From the IMG/VR virus record IMGVR_UViG_3300029479_000004, positions 1 to 59,532 of that record: DNA of 59,532 nucleotides. The stretch is one strand, 5' to 3'. The DNA comes from a virus. The notes under the pieces are model-generated. The model had not been told where the DNA came from, did not search any database, and saw nothing but the letters and a program-made list of their open reading frames with translations. Positions 44,120-53,591 of the stretch are shown here, in pieces. The position numbers were made by a program, and so were the translations under genes. Numbering within the stretch: position 1 is the stretch's first letter; the number at the start of each line of letters is the position of its first letter.

Positions 44120-47100
44120 ATGGAATTAGAGTCTCTTGAAATAAAAATCCAAGCACAGGCACAACAGGCAAGCGGTCAGATAGATGCGCTTGTGACAAGA
44201 CTCGGGAGATTATCTTCCGCGCTTTCTGGGCTTAGTACCGGAAATCTGAATAGTCTTTCCACAGGGGTAAACCGACTTGCAGGGGCAATGACGGCAATGC
44301 GTGGAATTGACACACGGACTTTTTCTGCAGTGGCGAGAAATGTGAGCAAATTAGGCTCCATCAACAGCAGACAGATTAATGCTGCGGCTGGTTCTATGCG
44401 TCAGATTTCCAACGCGGTAAAAGGGCTTTCTGGAATGTCAGCATCTGTTAAGGGTCTGACCGAACTTGCATCTGCAATCAAACAGCTTGGCTACCAAAGT
44501 TCCACCAAGGCGATTGAAAATATACCGAAACTTGCTACGGCAATGCGACAGCTTATGTCTGAACTGTCGAAAGCTCCTAGCGTAAGCCGGAATATTATTG
44601 ACATGACAAACGCATTGGCAAAGTTATCACGTACTGGTGGAGCGGCAGGAACAGCGGCAAAAAGTATCACAAGCTCATTTAGCGGATTTAGTTCCGGTGC
44701 TTCTGCGGTTACCAAGAAGTCGTTCTCTCTTGCGTCTGCAATCGGAAAAGTGTATGCAACGTATTGGACTCTATTCCGAGGATTTAGGCTACTTGGAGAT
44801 GCTATTGATATATCATCCTCACTGACAGAGGTTGAGAACGTTGTAAGGCAGACATTCGGGCAGTATGAAAGCCTAATTAACAATTTCGCAAAAACATCAA
44901 TTGAAAAATTTGGTATGTCCGAATTGTCCGCGAAACAGTTTGCAAGCCGTTTCCAAGCCATGGGAACTGCCCTTGATATTCCACAGGGGAAAATGGCAGA
45001 TATGTCAATCCGGTTGACAGAATTAGCCGGAGATATGGCTTCATTCTATGATGTGAGTCAAGAAGATATTGCCAAGAGTCTGCAATCTGTATTTTCCGGT
45101 ACTACGGCACCTATGCGGCGTTATGGTATCGACTTGACACAGGCAACATTAAAGGAATGGGCATTAAAACAAGGACTTGATGCAAACATTTCCTCGATGA
45201 CGCAGGCTCAAAAAGCCATGTTGCGTTATCAGTATGTGCTTGCGCATACAACCAATATTACCGGAGATTTCGCACGTACAGCAGATACGTGGCATAACCA
45301 AATAACAATGCTTAAAGAGAATTTCAAAGCACTTGGAGCGGTTGTTGGTGGTGGTTTAATCAATGCATTTAAGCCGTTTATCAAGGTACTTAATGCAGTT
45401 CTGCAAAAGGTTATTTCTTTTGCGGAAATGGTAACAAATGCTTTAGGTTCAATCTTCGGATGGAAGTATGAAGCAAGCAAAGGGGCAGGAATCAGCGGTC
45501 TTGCTGATGATATTGGAAGCGCATCTGACGGCATGGACGATTTAAGTAATGCCGCAGGAAACGCAGGGAAAAACACGGGTGGTATCGCAAAAAATGCCAA
45601 GAAAGCAAAAAAGGAAATCCAACAGGCAACTCGTGCATTTGATGAATTGAAGGTTATTTCAAAACAGAGTAAAGACAAGGGTTCCGGTTCAGGGAATAAA
45701 GGTTCTGGTTCTGGATCTGGTTCTGGTGGCGCTGGTGGCGGCACCGGTGCTGATGGTGGTTTGGTTCAGACCGACACGATTTTTAAGAAATTCAAAAGCG
45801 ACATCAAAGACCTTGAAGGACTTGGAATTGAAATAAGAAAAGCCCTTGTAAAAGCCGTTGGTGGCATTGAATGGGATAAAATATATGCTAAAGCTTCCGG
45901 CTTCGGAACAGGACTCGCAGAGTTTCTTAATGGTTTGTTTTCAGAAGATAAAAAAGGAAATAGCGTATTTACTGCAACCGCAGATGTTATTGCGGGAGCG
46001 TTGAATACTGCAATATTTGCATCAAAAGGATTTACGGATAAATTTAAGTTTGAAACATTTGGCAATAACATAGCACATGGATTTAATCGCTTTTTCAAAA
46101 AATTCAAATGGAAAAAGTGCGCAGAAGCTATCAATGGATGGGTTGATGGTTTTTGGAAGTTTGTTCACGGCTTCTTTGATGATTTGAGTTGGAAAGATAT
46201 TTTTAATGGATTAAAAACATTCCTAACAAATTTAACACCAAAGAGTTTGGCTACAATTCTCATGTTTTCTGGTGGAAAACTTGCGCCTATAGTTTCATCT
46301 GCGCTTTGTTCTATACTAGGGTTTACAAGCGGAGGAAAAGGCGGAAAAGGTGGAAAGACTTTCAAACTCAACGGTCTTGGATTGGCGGCGTTTATTGCAA
46401 CTATAGGTTTTCAATTGTCTGAAAAAAAGACAGATTTTACATCCTCTGTTGTAGAAGCATTGGCGGCTGGTGGAGCGGCATTTTATATGTCAGGCGGAAA
46501 TCCGTATTTTGCGCTTGCCGGAGTAACGGTTTCGGTTGGAATTTCTCTTGGAAAGTTTTTTGTTGAAAAAAGTGATTCTATGAAGAAAGGAATTAAGAAA
46601 CTTAAAACTAACATTGACACAATGTTGGGTAAAACAACAACTACTACTGGATTAGACGGAAAAAAGACAACGATCAAAACACCTTTGAGCCAATTAGGAA
46701 AAGGAAAGGTGAAAAAAAATGCATATTCTGGAACAAAAGAAATGCGGGATAACTATTCAAAGATTGTTGCAAATCGTGAAAAAAATTATGGAAAGGGAAA
46801 GGTTTCTGTTACGGCGGAAATTACATCCGCATCGGACAAACTGTCCGCAAAAAATAAAAATTTAAAAGGTTTTACCGCTGATTTAGAAAAGAATAAAGAT
46901 AATATAGCGGCTAAAAATAAATCCTTAAAGAACTATACAGCTAACTTATCCAGCAATAAAGACGGGATTAAGCTGGGAGATAAATCTTTAAGCAATTATC
47001 TTGCAAATATATCCAAAAATAAGGACAAGATAAAGTCAAGTGATAAAACACTGGGAAATTACACGGCTAGTTTAACAGGAAACAAAGATAAAATACCTGA

Positions 47101-47686
47101 CAAATACAAGAGGGTAAGCAATTACACCGCGGAGCTTATTGCAAATAAGGACAAGATTAAAAGAAGTGATAAGACATTAGATCACTTTACAGGCACTCTG
47201 ACGAGGGTAACTGATAATATAAAGCCTGCAAACAAAAGACTTGGTGGATTCACTGCACTCATAACCTCTTTTGTGAACAGAATTAAAAATGCAGTATTAG
47301 ACTTCACGGCTAGACTTACAGGAAAGAGTACAAAGAAAGCTGATGGCGGCGTATTTTCCGGTGGAAGTTGGAAACCGATTAAGAAATACGCAGTCGGTGG
47401 ATTGCCAAACATGGGGCAGATGTTCGTTGCGAGAGAAGCGGGCCCGGAACTTGTCGGTACGCTTGGTGGTCATACGGCAGTTATGAATAACGATCAGATT
47501 GTTTCATCTGTTTCTTACGGAGTTGCACAGGCTGTAAAGGAAGTTATTCAGCCACTTTTAAAGACAAGTGTAGGCAATAATCGACCGATTCAGATTTCAC
47601 TTGACGGAAAAGTTATCTTTGATAGCACACGACAAAGCGCACAAGAGTATTTTAATCGCACCGGAATATCACCATTTCCGGTATAA
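44120..47686 (+). CDS. tape measure protein
   Basis: 1188 aa, helical with Gly-rich and hydrophobic segments. Canonical position. Confidence 0.85.
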   Translation: MELESLEIKIQAQAQQASGQIDALVTRLGRLSSALSGLSTGNLNSLSTGVNRLAGAMTAMRGIDTRTFSAVARNVSKLGSINSRQINAAAGSMRQISNAVKGLSGMSASVKGLTELASAIKQLGYQSSTKAIENIPKLATAMRQLMSELSKAPSVSRNIIDMTNALAKLSRTGGAAGTAAKSITSSFSGFSSGASAVTKKSFSLASAIGKVYATYWTLFRGFRLLGDAIDISSSLTEVENVVRQTFGQYESLINNFAKTSIEKFGMSELSAKQFASRFQAMGTALDIPQGKMADMSIRLTELAGDMASFYDVSQEDIAKSLQSVFSGTTAPMRRYGIDLTQATLKEWALKQGLDANISSMTQAQKAMLRYQYVLAHTTNITGDFARTADTWHNQITMLKENFKALGAVVGGGLINAFKPFIKVLNAVLQKVISFAEMVTNALGSIFGWKYEASKGAGISGLADDIGSASDGMDDLSNAAGNAGKNTGGIAKNAKKAKKEIQQATRAFDELKVISKQSKDKGSGSGNKGSGSGSGSGGAGGGTGADGGLVQTDTIFKKFKSDIKDLEGLGIEIRKALVKAVGGIEWDKIYAKASGFGTGLAEFLNGLFSEDKKGNSVFTATADVIAGALNTAIFASKGFTDKFKFETFGNNIAHGFNRFFKKFKWKKCAEAINGWVDGFWKFVHGFFDDLSWKDIFNGLKTFLTNLTPKSLATILMFSGGKLAPIVSSALCSILGFTSGGKGGKGGKTFKLNGLGLAAFIATIGFQLSEKKTDFTSSVVEALAAGGAAFYMSGGNPYFALAGVTVSVGISLGKFFVEKSDSMKKGIKKLKTNIDTMLGKTTTTTGLDGKKTTIKTPLSQLGKGKVKKNAYSGTKEMRDNYSKIVANREKNYGKGKVSVTAEITSASDKLSAKNKNLKGFTADLEKNKDNIAAKNKSLKNYTANLSSNKDGIKLGDKSLSNYLANISKNKDKIKSSDKTLGNYTASLTGNKDKIPDKYKRVSNYTAELIANKDKIKRSDKTLDHFTGTLTRVTDNIKPANKRLGGFTALITSFVNRIKNAVLDFTARLTGKSTKKADGGVFSGGSWKPIKKYAVGGLPNMGQMFVAREAGPELVGTLGGHTAVMNNDQIVSSVSYGVAQAVKEVIQPLLKTSVGNNRPIQISLDGKVIFDSTRQSAQEYFNRTGISPFPV
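46847..47287 (+). repeat. seven tandem 63-bp (21-aa) repeats inside the tape measure gene
   Basis: Units such as SDKTLGNYTASLTGNKDKIPD, KYKRVSNYTAELIANKDKIKR and GDKSLSNYLANISKNKDKIKS. Confidence 0.7.
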
Positions 47687-47702
47687 ACATAGACATTCTG
47701 AT

Positions 47703-47735
47703 TCCCTTGTGGTATAGTCAATGTATCACAAGGGA
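47703..47735 (+). promoter_or_regulatory. extended -10 promoter (TGgTATAGT) embedded in a 9-bp inverted repeat
   Basis: TCCCTTGTG at 47703..47711 and CACAAGGGA at 47727..47735. TATAGT at 47713..47718. Confidence 0.5.
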
Positions 47736-47748
47736 AAGGGGCGTTATT

Positions 47749-48435
47749 ATGAAGCGAACAAAAAGAATATTGGTAGCAATGGGGTTAGCGTTTGCCGTTT
47801 TGATTTCGGCTATGCCAATCCAAAATGCATATGGGAAACAGATTGTTGCGCAGGCGGCAACTATCAAATTAAACAAGAAAGCAATTTCGCTTGATGTTGG
47901 GAAAACACAGAAATTGAAAGTTACCGGAACAAAAGCAAGAGTTAAATGGAGTTCAACCGAACCAAGCATTGCAAAGGTAGGTAAAAGCGGAATTGTTACA
48001 GCAGTATCATCCGGAACGGCAACGATCAAAGCTAAAGTCGGAAAGAAAGTGATGTCTTGCAAAGTAACCGTGAAAGAGAAAATCAACAGACTTGCATACG
48101 AAGATTCGAGCATTAGGGTTTACTTTACAGGGCTAAAGAAGGGAACATACCCGGACGAACTTATAGCTTGCTTGACAATCGAAAACATTACAGACAATAA
48201 TATTACGGTTAATTCCGACACATCATCAGTAAATGATGTTATGGCAGAAGGAACGTTATATCAGGATCTATCTCCGCATAAAAAAGCCTATGTAACGTGG
48301 TGGACAATGGATGATAACATTGTGAGTTTGCCAATAAAGAATATTGACAACATACAACTATCCCTAGTTGTCTGGAATGAGGACTCGGAAGATTCCGACT
48401 ACTACGTGACAGATTCTTTTGGGTTACTAAAATGA
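47749..48435 (+). CDS. secreted Big_2 (bacterial Ig-like) domain protein
   Basis: Signal peptide MKRTKRILVAMGLAFAVLISAMPIQNAYG. The segment LDVGKTQKLKVTGT...VKWSSTEPSIAKVGKSGIVTAVSSGTATIKA matches Big_2. Confidence 0.7.
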   Translation: MKRTKRILVAMGLAFAVLISAMPIQNAYGKQIVAQAATIKLNKKAISLDVGKTQKLKVTGTKARVKWSSTEPSIAKVGKSGIVTAVSSGTATIKAKVGKKVMSCKVTVKEKINRLAYEDSSIRVYFTGLKKGTYPDELIACLTIENITDNNITVNSDTSSVNDVMAEGTLYQDLSPHKKAYVTWWTMDDNIVSLPIKNIDNIQLSLVVWNEDSEDSDYYVTDSFGLLK

Positions 48436-48464
48436 GTTAAAGGATTTTTGGGAGGAATTTGATT

Positions 48465-49151
48465 ATGAAACAAAGCGGATGGGGAATTGCGTCTTTAGTG
48501 TGCGGAATAGCAGGAATTTTGTTAGCATGTGTTGCGATAGGTGTAGTCCCTGCAATAATCGGTCTCGTATGCGCAATAATTGCACTTACGCAAAAATGGA
48601 AAGGGCATGGAACTGCAATTGCGGGTCTTGCTTGTTCAATAGTTGCGATAATTATTTTTATTTTTGCGGCACTTGTATTTGATGAAAGTGATTCAGACCA
48701 ACCAGAAAAAGTTGAAAACAGTCGAGATGCGGAAGTATTGGACGATGAAACGGAAGAATCGACCGATTCATACGATGACTACTTCACATTAGGCGATTCG
48801 GTTGAGACTAATGACTTGATAATAACATTTTCATCTGCAAAATTAACATTGGACGATGTTGCGTATCAAAGTCCTGATGATGGAAATGCGTTTATGAAAC
48901 TAGATTTCGAGTTTGAAAATATATCAGATGAAGATCAAGACATTTCTGGATATGATTTTTCTGCATACGCAGACGATTATGCTGTTGATTACATAGACAG
49001 CACATTTGACACAACGCTTAGTCCGGGTAAAAAAACTAAAGGTTCGATATATTTTGAAGTTCCTATGGACACGAAAGTTTTTGACACAGAATATAGCACA
49101 AGCTATTATGGAAATTCAAAAGTAAAATTTTCAATAGTGGCAGAAGAATAA
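48465..49151 (+). CDS. membrane protein (DUF4190-like N-terminus, DUF4352-like C-terminal domain)
   Basis: Two TM helices rich in Gly/Ile/Ala. Extracellular domain with ...GDSVETNDLIITF...FMKLDFEFENISDE...GSIYFEVP. Confidence 0.55.
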   Translation: MKQSGWGIASLVCGIAGILLACVAIGVVPAIIGLVCAIIALTQKWKGHGTAIAGLACSIVAIIIFIFAALVFDESDSDQPEKVENSRDAEVLDDETEESTDSYDDYFTLGDSVETNDLIITFSSAKLTLDDVAYQSPDDGNAFMKLDFEFENISDEDQDISGYDFSAYADDYAVDYIDSTFDTTLSPGKKTKGSIYFEVPMDTKVFDTEYSTSYYGNSKVKFSIVAEE

Positions 49152-49155
49152 AAGC

Positions 49156-49186
49156 ATAAGCCGTGGAAACACGGCTTATTTTAATT
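49156..49186 (+). terminator. rho-independent terminator
   Basis: ATAAGCCGTG-GAAA-CACGGCTTAT followed by TTTAATT. Confidence 0.75.
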
Positions 49187-49197
49187 CCAAAATCGGA

Positions 49198-49336
49198 TTG
49201 ACACAAAATCAAAAATAGTCTATCCTTATTACTAAGGAAACAACCTTATCCGTGAAGATGCGGATTACTTACTCGAACGCCATACTGTACGAAAGAGGAA
49301 ACCAATGTGATTTCACAAGTGGCTTCCTCTTTTTTA
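49198..49336 (+). promoter_or_regulatory. promoter plus structured leader ending in an intrinsic terminator, upstream of the Bro gene
   Basis: TTGACA (49198..49203)-17-TATCCT. Hairpin AAGAGGAAACCA (49293..49304) with TGGCTTCCTCTT (49320..49331), then a T-run. Confidence 0.5.
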
Positions 49337-49367
49337 TTCAGATAAAAATGTATGGAGGTAGACACGA

Positions 49368-50171
49368 ATGAAAAAATCACAACTTATGCTTAAGATTCAA
49401 AACAGCATTGAGGTATTTGAAAATCCAATATTCGGACAGATCAGAATGGTAATGGTCGATGATGAACCGATGTTTTGCCTTATTGATGTTTGCAGGGCAT
49501 TGGAAATTAAAAATGCCACAGACGTAGCAAAAAGACTTGATGAAGATGAACTGACTAGATTAAATCTAGGCGGTCGTGCAGGAGAATCAAATTTCATTAC
49601 AGAGAGCGGCTTATATGCAGTTATCGTTCGGAGCGACAAGCCGAATGCCAAGAAGTTTCGCAAGTGGGTAACATCCGAGGTTCTTCCCACAATCCGTAAA
49701 ACAGGTGGGTATGTCAATAATGATGAATTATTTATTTCCACTTACCTGCCATATGCGGATGAAAACACTAAGCTGATATTCTCACAGACATTAAAAACTG
49801 TTAGAGAGCAGAACGAAACCATTAAAAGGCAGAAGAAAGAAATCATCCATAAAGAAGATGTTATTATCGGACTCGTTGATGATATTGACTTGGCGACCAA
49901 GAGACAGCGGATAACGCAGATTGTCCGTTTCGGTGCCGATGGAAAGTATCAAGAACGCTATTTGTTGCTTTATGGAGAATTTGAAAGGAAATATCACTGC
50001 AACCTTAAATCAAGGATGGAAGGGTGCGCGCTCAAACCGAAAGTAAGAAACAAGATGGATTATATCGACAGGGAAATGGGAATGATTCCGCAGTTGTACG
50101 AAATCGCTTGCAAACTTTTTGAAAACGATGTAGAAAAGCTGAAATCTGAATGGGAATCAGTAGTAGCTTAA
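49368..50171 (+). CDS. Bro-N domain antirepressor-like protein
   Basis: FGQIRMVMVDDEPMFCLIDVCRALEI...ITESGLYAVIVRSDKPNAKKFRKWVTSEVLPTIRKTG. Confidence 0.75.
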   Translation: MKKSQLMLKIQNSIEVFENPIFGQIRMVMVDDEPMFCLIDVCRALEIKNATDVAKRLDEDELTRLNLGGRAGESNFITESGLYAVIVRSDKPNAKKFRKWVTSEVLPTIRKTGGYVNNDELFISTYLPYADENTKLIFSQTLKTVREQNETIKRQKKEIIHKEDVIIGLVDDIDLATKRQRITQIVRFGADGKYQERYLLLYGEFERKYHCNLKSRMEGCALKPKVRNKMDYIDREMGMIPQLYEIACKLFENDVEKLKSEWESVVA

Positions 50172-50243
50172 AATTTAATCAAATGGATAGCATCTACCAA
50201 AACGGTAGGTGCTATTTTTATACCCATTTTTAGGAGGTAAACG

Positions 50244-50660
50244 ATGGGATATGGCGGATATTTAGTAAAGTTTGGCAATTATACCATACCGAACAATTTA
50301 ATAAAGCAGGGCACGTTTAGTTCCTATTTGAATATGCAGGATAAAGACCCTTGGACGGATGAAAACGGATATGAGCATCGTGATGCCGTGGAACTGAAAG
50401 CCCTAAAGGTTGAGTTTGAAACCAAAGCCATGTTGACTGAAAAACAGTTTGATGATTTTTGGAAGAATATCGAGAAGAACTATACCAAGGCAAAGGAGCG
50501 CGGTGGCTATATCACGGCGTACGTGCCGGAGAAAAGCGGATATGTCACACAGTACGGATATATCGCTGATATTCAGCCTACGTTCTATTCTGTGGCACAT
50601 GGGAAGATAAAATACGACGCAATCAAATTTTCGTTTGTAGGTGGTGTATATGATAAATAG
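50244..50660 (+). CDS. small distal-tail-position protein
   Basis: 138 aa. First structural ORF after the tape measure and moron island. Confidence 0.3.
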   Translation: MGYGGYLVKFGNYTIPNNLIKQGTFSSYLNMQDKDPWTDENGYEHRDAVELKALKVEFETKAMLTEKQFDDFWKNIEKNYTKAKERGGYITAYVPEKSGYVTQYGYIADIQPTFYSVAHGKIKYDAIKFSFVGGVYDK

Positions 50661-52878
50661 CAATTTGAAAGAAAAGTATTGGGATTCCGCGACAGATAAG
50701 CAGATGGTCATATCTGTTGTTGGAACGAACCAGAAAATAGACAATTCGATGCTTGAAATCGGTACGTTTTCGCTTGAAGAAAGTCTTTGTTCGGAGTCTG
50801 AATTAAAGTTTGGAGCGTGCGAAGCGAATTGTGTAAAATTCACGGCAAGAAACACCGCAGGAAACATTATCGGAAAGACAATCTCTATTGAAGAAACGAT
50901 TGACGGAGATAGCCAAAATCCGATGCCATACGGAATTTTTAAGGTGGCATCCGATGTTCCTACGGCTGACCGGACAAAACGGCAGATTACGGCATATGAC
51001 GCTATGTACGACATTATCAATACGGATGTAAAGGCTTGGTATGCAGGACTTAGCTTTCCAATGACGCTTAAGCAGTTCCGCGATAGCTTCTTTGCACATC
51101 TTGGAATTGCGCAAGTTGAAACAAGCCTTGTCAATGATTCCATGACGGTAAATAAGACGATTGTAGCCACACAGACGGACGATTCAAGTGCGGTCACAGA
51201 AGAGTCCTCTATCAGTGGAAAAACCGTTGTAACGGCAATCTGTGAGATTAACGGATGCTTTGGCAATATCAACCGGAATGGCAAGTTTGAGTATGTCTTT
51301 CTTAAAGCAATCACAAGTGCGCTTTATCCGGCAGACAATTTATTTCCGTCAGACAATTTATTTCCGTCTGATGCAAACACGGAGTCCATGACCGGACACT
51401 ATATCACGTTTGATTATGAGGACTTCCAAAGTAAGGCAATCACGCAGCTAGAAATCAAGACAAACGAAGATAATGCCGGTGCTATTGTTGGAACTGCCGG
51501 GAACAACTATTCGATTACAGGAAACTTTCTTGTATCAGATAAGACCGGAGCGGAGCTGGAGCAGATTGCAAATAACCTATTGCCGATTATGAAACAGGCG
51601 GTATACACACCGATTAAAAGTTGCACTTGTGTCGGAAATCCATGTCTGACACTTGGCGAACCCATCCGGTTCAATACCACAAGAGAAATTGTTGAAACGT
51701 ATCTATTGCAACGTACCCTAACCGGTGTGCAGAGCAAGAGAGATTCAATCTCGGCACAGGGTACGCAGACACACTCTGCAAAGGTTAATTCGATCAGAGA
51801 CACGATTGAAAGTGTGGAAAGGCGTACCGGAAAGTTAGAGAGGAACGCAGACCATCTTCAATCCACGTATGAAGATTTAGAGGAACAGACAAATACCAAG
51901 TTTGAGCAGACCACAAAAAGCATTGTCGCAGAAGTCAATCGTGCACAAAAGGCAGAAGGTGCATTGGACGCATCCTTGGAATTGAAGTTGGGCAGAGATG
52001 AGAACGACCAAGTTGTTTCTATGATTAATGCCAGTGCCGACCAAATTGTGCTACGAGGAAACAGATTGATTGTAGAATGTAACAACTTTGAACTGGACGG
52101 TAGCGGACGAGTACATATAATAGAATCTCTGCTTTTTGACAGCGGTGAGGTATCTGGTGTAGAGATATTAGGACATGATGGAAGAAATAATGCATTATTG
52201 CAGAATGTTAAGTTGGACTTGTCATCTGTTACTGACGCAAACGGGGAAAACTTGGCGACAGAAAGTTATGTTGACAATTCGCTGAGCGACTACGCAACCA
52301 AAAGCGAATTGCCAAGTGGGTATTTTACAGATGTAAAATATACACTGAATGATGGGTCTACGACCAAGTATTCGCCAAGACACTTTAATAAAATGTCTGA
52401 TTTCGGTTCAAGGGAAAGTACCTTAGATATCGAGGGTCTTTTGATTTCTATTCCGAGTTCCGACAAAAGATTGAAAAATAATATACAATCATTAAGGGAT
52501 ATTAAAAGCGTGTATATGGCAATGTGCCCGGTTGAATACACATGGAAATCCGGATACATCACGCAGCACAAAGGCTTGCAGTTTGGTTTAATTGCGCAGG
52601 ATTTAGAGAAGATTTTGCAGGATGCTGGATTGTCCGATAGCGGACTTGTACTAAAAGAAGATGCCGAAGAGGATGAAAAAGCAATTCACGGAGATTCAAA
52701 GACATGGAAAATCGACAAGGAAAATCTCCATGCAATGCACATTCAGATGATTCAAAATCAGCAAAAGGAAATCGAAGAGTTAAAGCGAGAAAACAAAAAT
52801 TTGAGTGAACAGATGAAAGACTTTGAACAACGATTATCCGTGTTAGAAAGGAGTGTGAGCCATGCAGAAAATATATAG
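50650..52878 (+). CDS. tail tip/tail-associated protein with C-terminal intramolecular chaperone (peptidase S74-like) domain
   Basis: C-terminal SSDKRLKNNIQSL...PVEYTWK...QFGLIAQDLEKIL... followed by a coiled-coil. Confidence 0.65.
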   Translation: MINSNLKEKYWDSATDKQMVISVVGTNQKIDNSMLEIGTFSLEESLCSESELKFGACEANCVKFTARNTAGNIIGKTISIEETIDGDSQNPMPYGIFKVASDVPTADRTKRQITAYDAMYDIINTDVKAWYAGLSFPMTLKQFRDSFFAHLGIAQVETSLVNDSMTVNKTIVATQTDDSSAVTEESSISGKTVVTAICEINGCFGNINRNGKFEYVFLKAITSALYPADNLFPSDNLFPSDANTESMTGHYITFDYEDFQSKAITQLEIKTNEDNAGAIVGTAGNNYSITGNFLVSDKTGAELEQIANNLLPIMKQAVYTPIKSCTCVGNPCLTLGEPIRFNTTREIVETYLLQRTLTGVQSKRDSISAQGTQTHSAKVNSIRDTIESVERRTGKLERNADHLQSTYEDLEEQTNTKFEQTTKSIVAEVNRAQKAEGALDASLELKLGRDENDQVVSMINASADQIVLRGNRLIVECNNFELDGSGRVHIIESLLFDSGEVSGVEILGHDGRNNALLQNVKLDLSSVTDANGENLATESYVDNSLSDYATKSELPSGYFTDVKYTLNDGSTTKYSPRHFNKMSDFGSRESTLDIEGLLISIPSSDKRLKNNIQSLRDIKSVYMAMCPVEYTWKSGYITQHKGLQFGLIAQDLEKILQDAGLSDSGLVLKEDAEEDEKAIHGDSKTWKIDKENLHAMHIQMIQNQQKEIEELKRENKNLSEQMKDFEQRLSVLERSVSHAENI

Positions 52879-53590
52879 CCGCATCAATTGGGAGAATCTT
52901 CCCAGCGAAAAAACAGCGGTAAATGAATCTAATCTTAACAAGATGGACTTGGCAGTTGACAATCTGGATGATCGTATAGTTGCTATGGACGCGGCAAAAG
53001 TCGATCTTGTCAAGGCGAATGAACTTGTAAAGGAAATCCTTTGGAATGAACCTATGGGAGTGCTGACGGTCGTTAAGATGAATGGTTCACGAGCCGTGAT
53101 TGATACCAAGTTGGAAAAGTTGGCGGTCAACTTCACATACAATCCGCAGACACAACAATTAGTAATCGCGCTTGACGATGGCACGGTGCAGAACGTGGAT
53201 TTATCATCCTTGATTACAGAGTATGAGTTCTTAGATTCTGATACGATTGCATTCGAGATTACGGGTGGCAAGGTCAAGGCTATCGTTAAGAATGGTTCCA
53301 TTACGGAAGATATGCTGCAGCCGAACTTCTTGGCAGATGTTAAAGTTGAAGCCGAAAAAGCGAAAGCATCAGCATCCGCTGCGGATGCGTCAGAAAAGGA
53401 ATCCACGGTACAAGCTAATCTATCCAAAGAGTATGCGGATAAGGCCAAGGAATACAGCGATAACATTGATAAAAAAGCTCATCTGGCAACATTTGATGTG
53501 AATGAGGACGGCGAGCTGATCTATACAGATAACACAGCGGATGTGTTTACCGTTGATAATGACGGAAACTTAAATTGGGAGGTGGCTTAG
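52862..53590 (+). CDS. tail fibre/baseplate-associated protein
   Basis: 242 aa. N-terminal MQKIYSRINWENLPSEKTAVNESNLNKMD, typical of Firmicute prophage fibre-associated proteins. Confidence 0.45.
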   Translation: MQKIYSRINWENLPSEKTAVNESNLNKMDLAVDNLDDRIVAMDAAKVDLVKANELVKEILWNEPMGVLTVVKMNGSRAVIDTKLEKLAVNFTYNPQTQQLVIALDDGTVQNVDLSSLITEYEFLDSDTIAFEITGGKVKAIVKNGSITEDMLQPNFLADVKVEAEKAKASASAADASEKESTVQANLSKEYADKAKEYSDNIDKKAHLATFDVNEDGELIYTDNTADVFTVDNDGNLNWEVA

Positions 53591-53591
53591 A

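Noticed and set aside
44176-47412. Several 62-171-aa minus-strand ORFs inside the tape measure gene
   Set aside because: They are antisense shadows of a long, repetitive, well-positioned gene.
50403-51314. 303-aa minus-strand ORF
   Set aside because: It is antisense to the well-supported tail protein genes (50244..52878). It has Ser/Ile/Cys-rich low-complexity composition and no start context.
52843-53466. 207-aa minus-strand ORF
   Set aside because: It is antisense to the tail fibre-associated gene 52862..53590, with shadow-ORF composition (Ser/Ala/Thr-rich).
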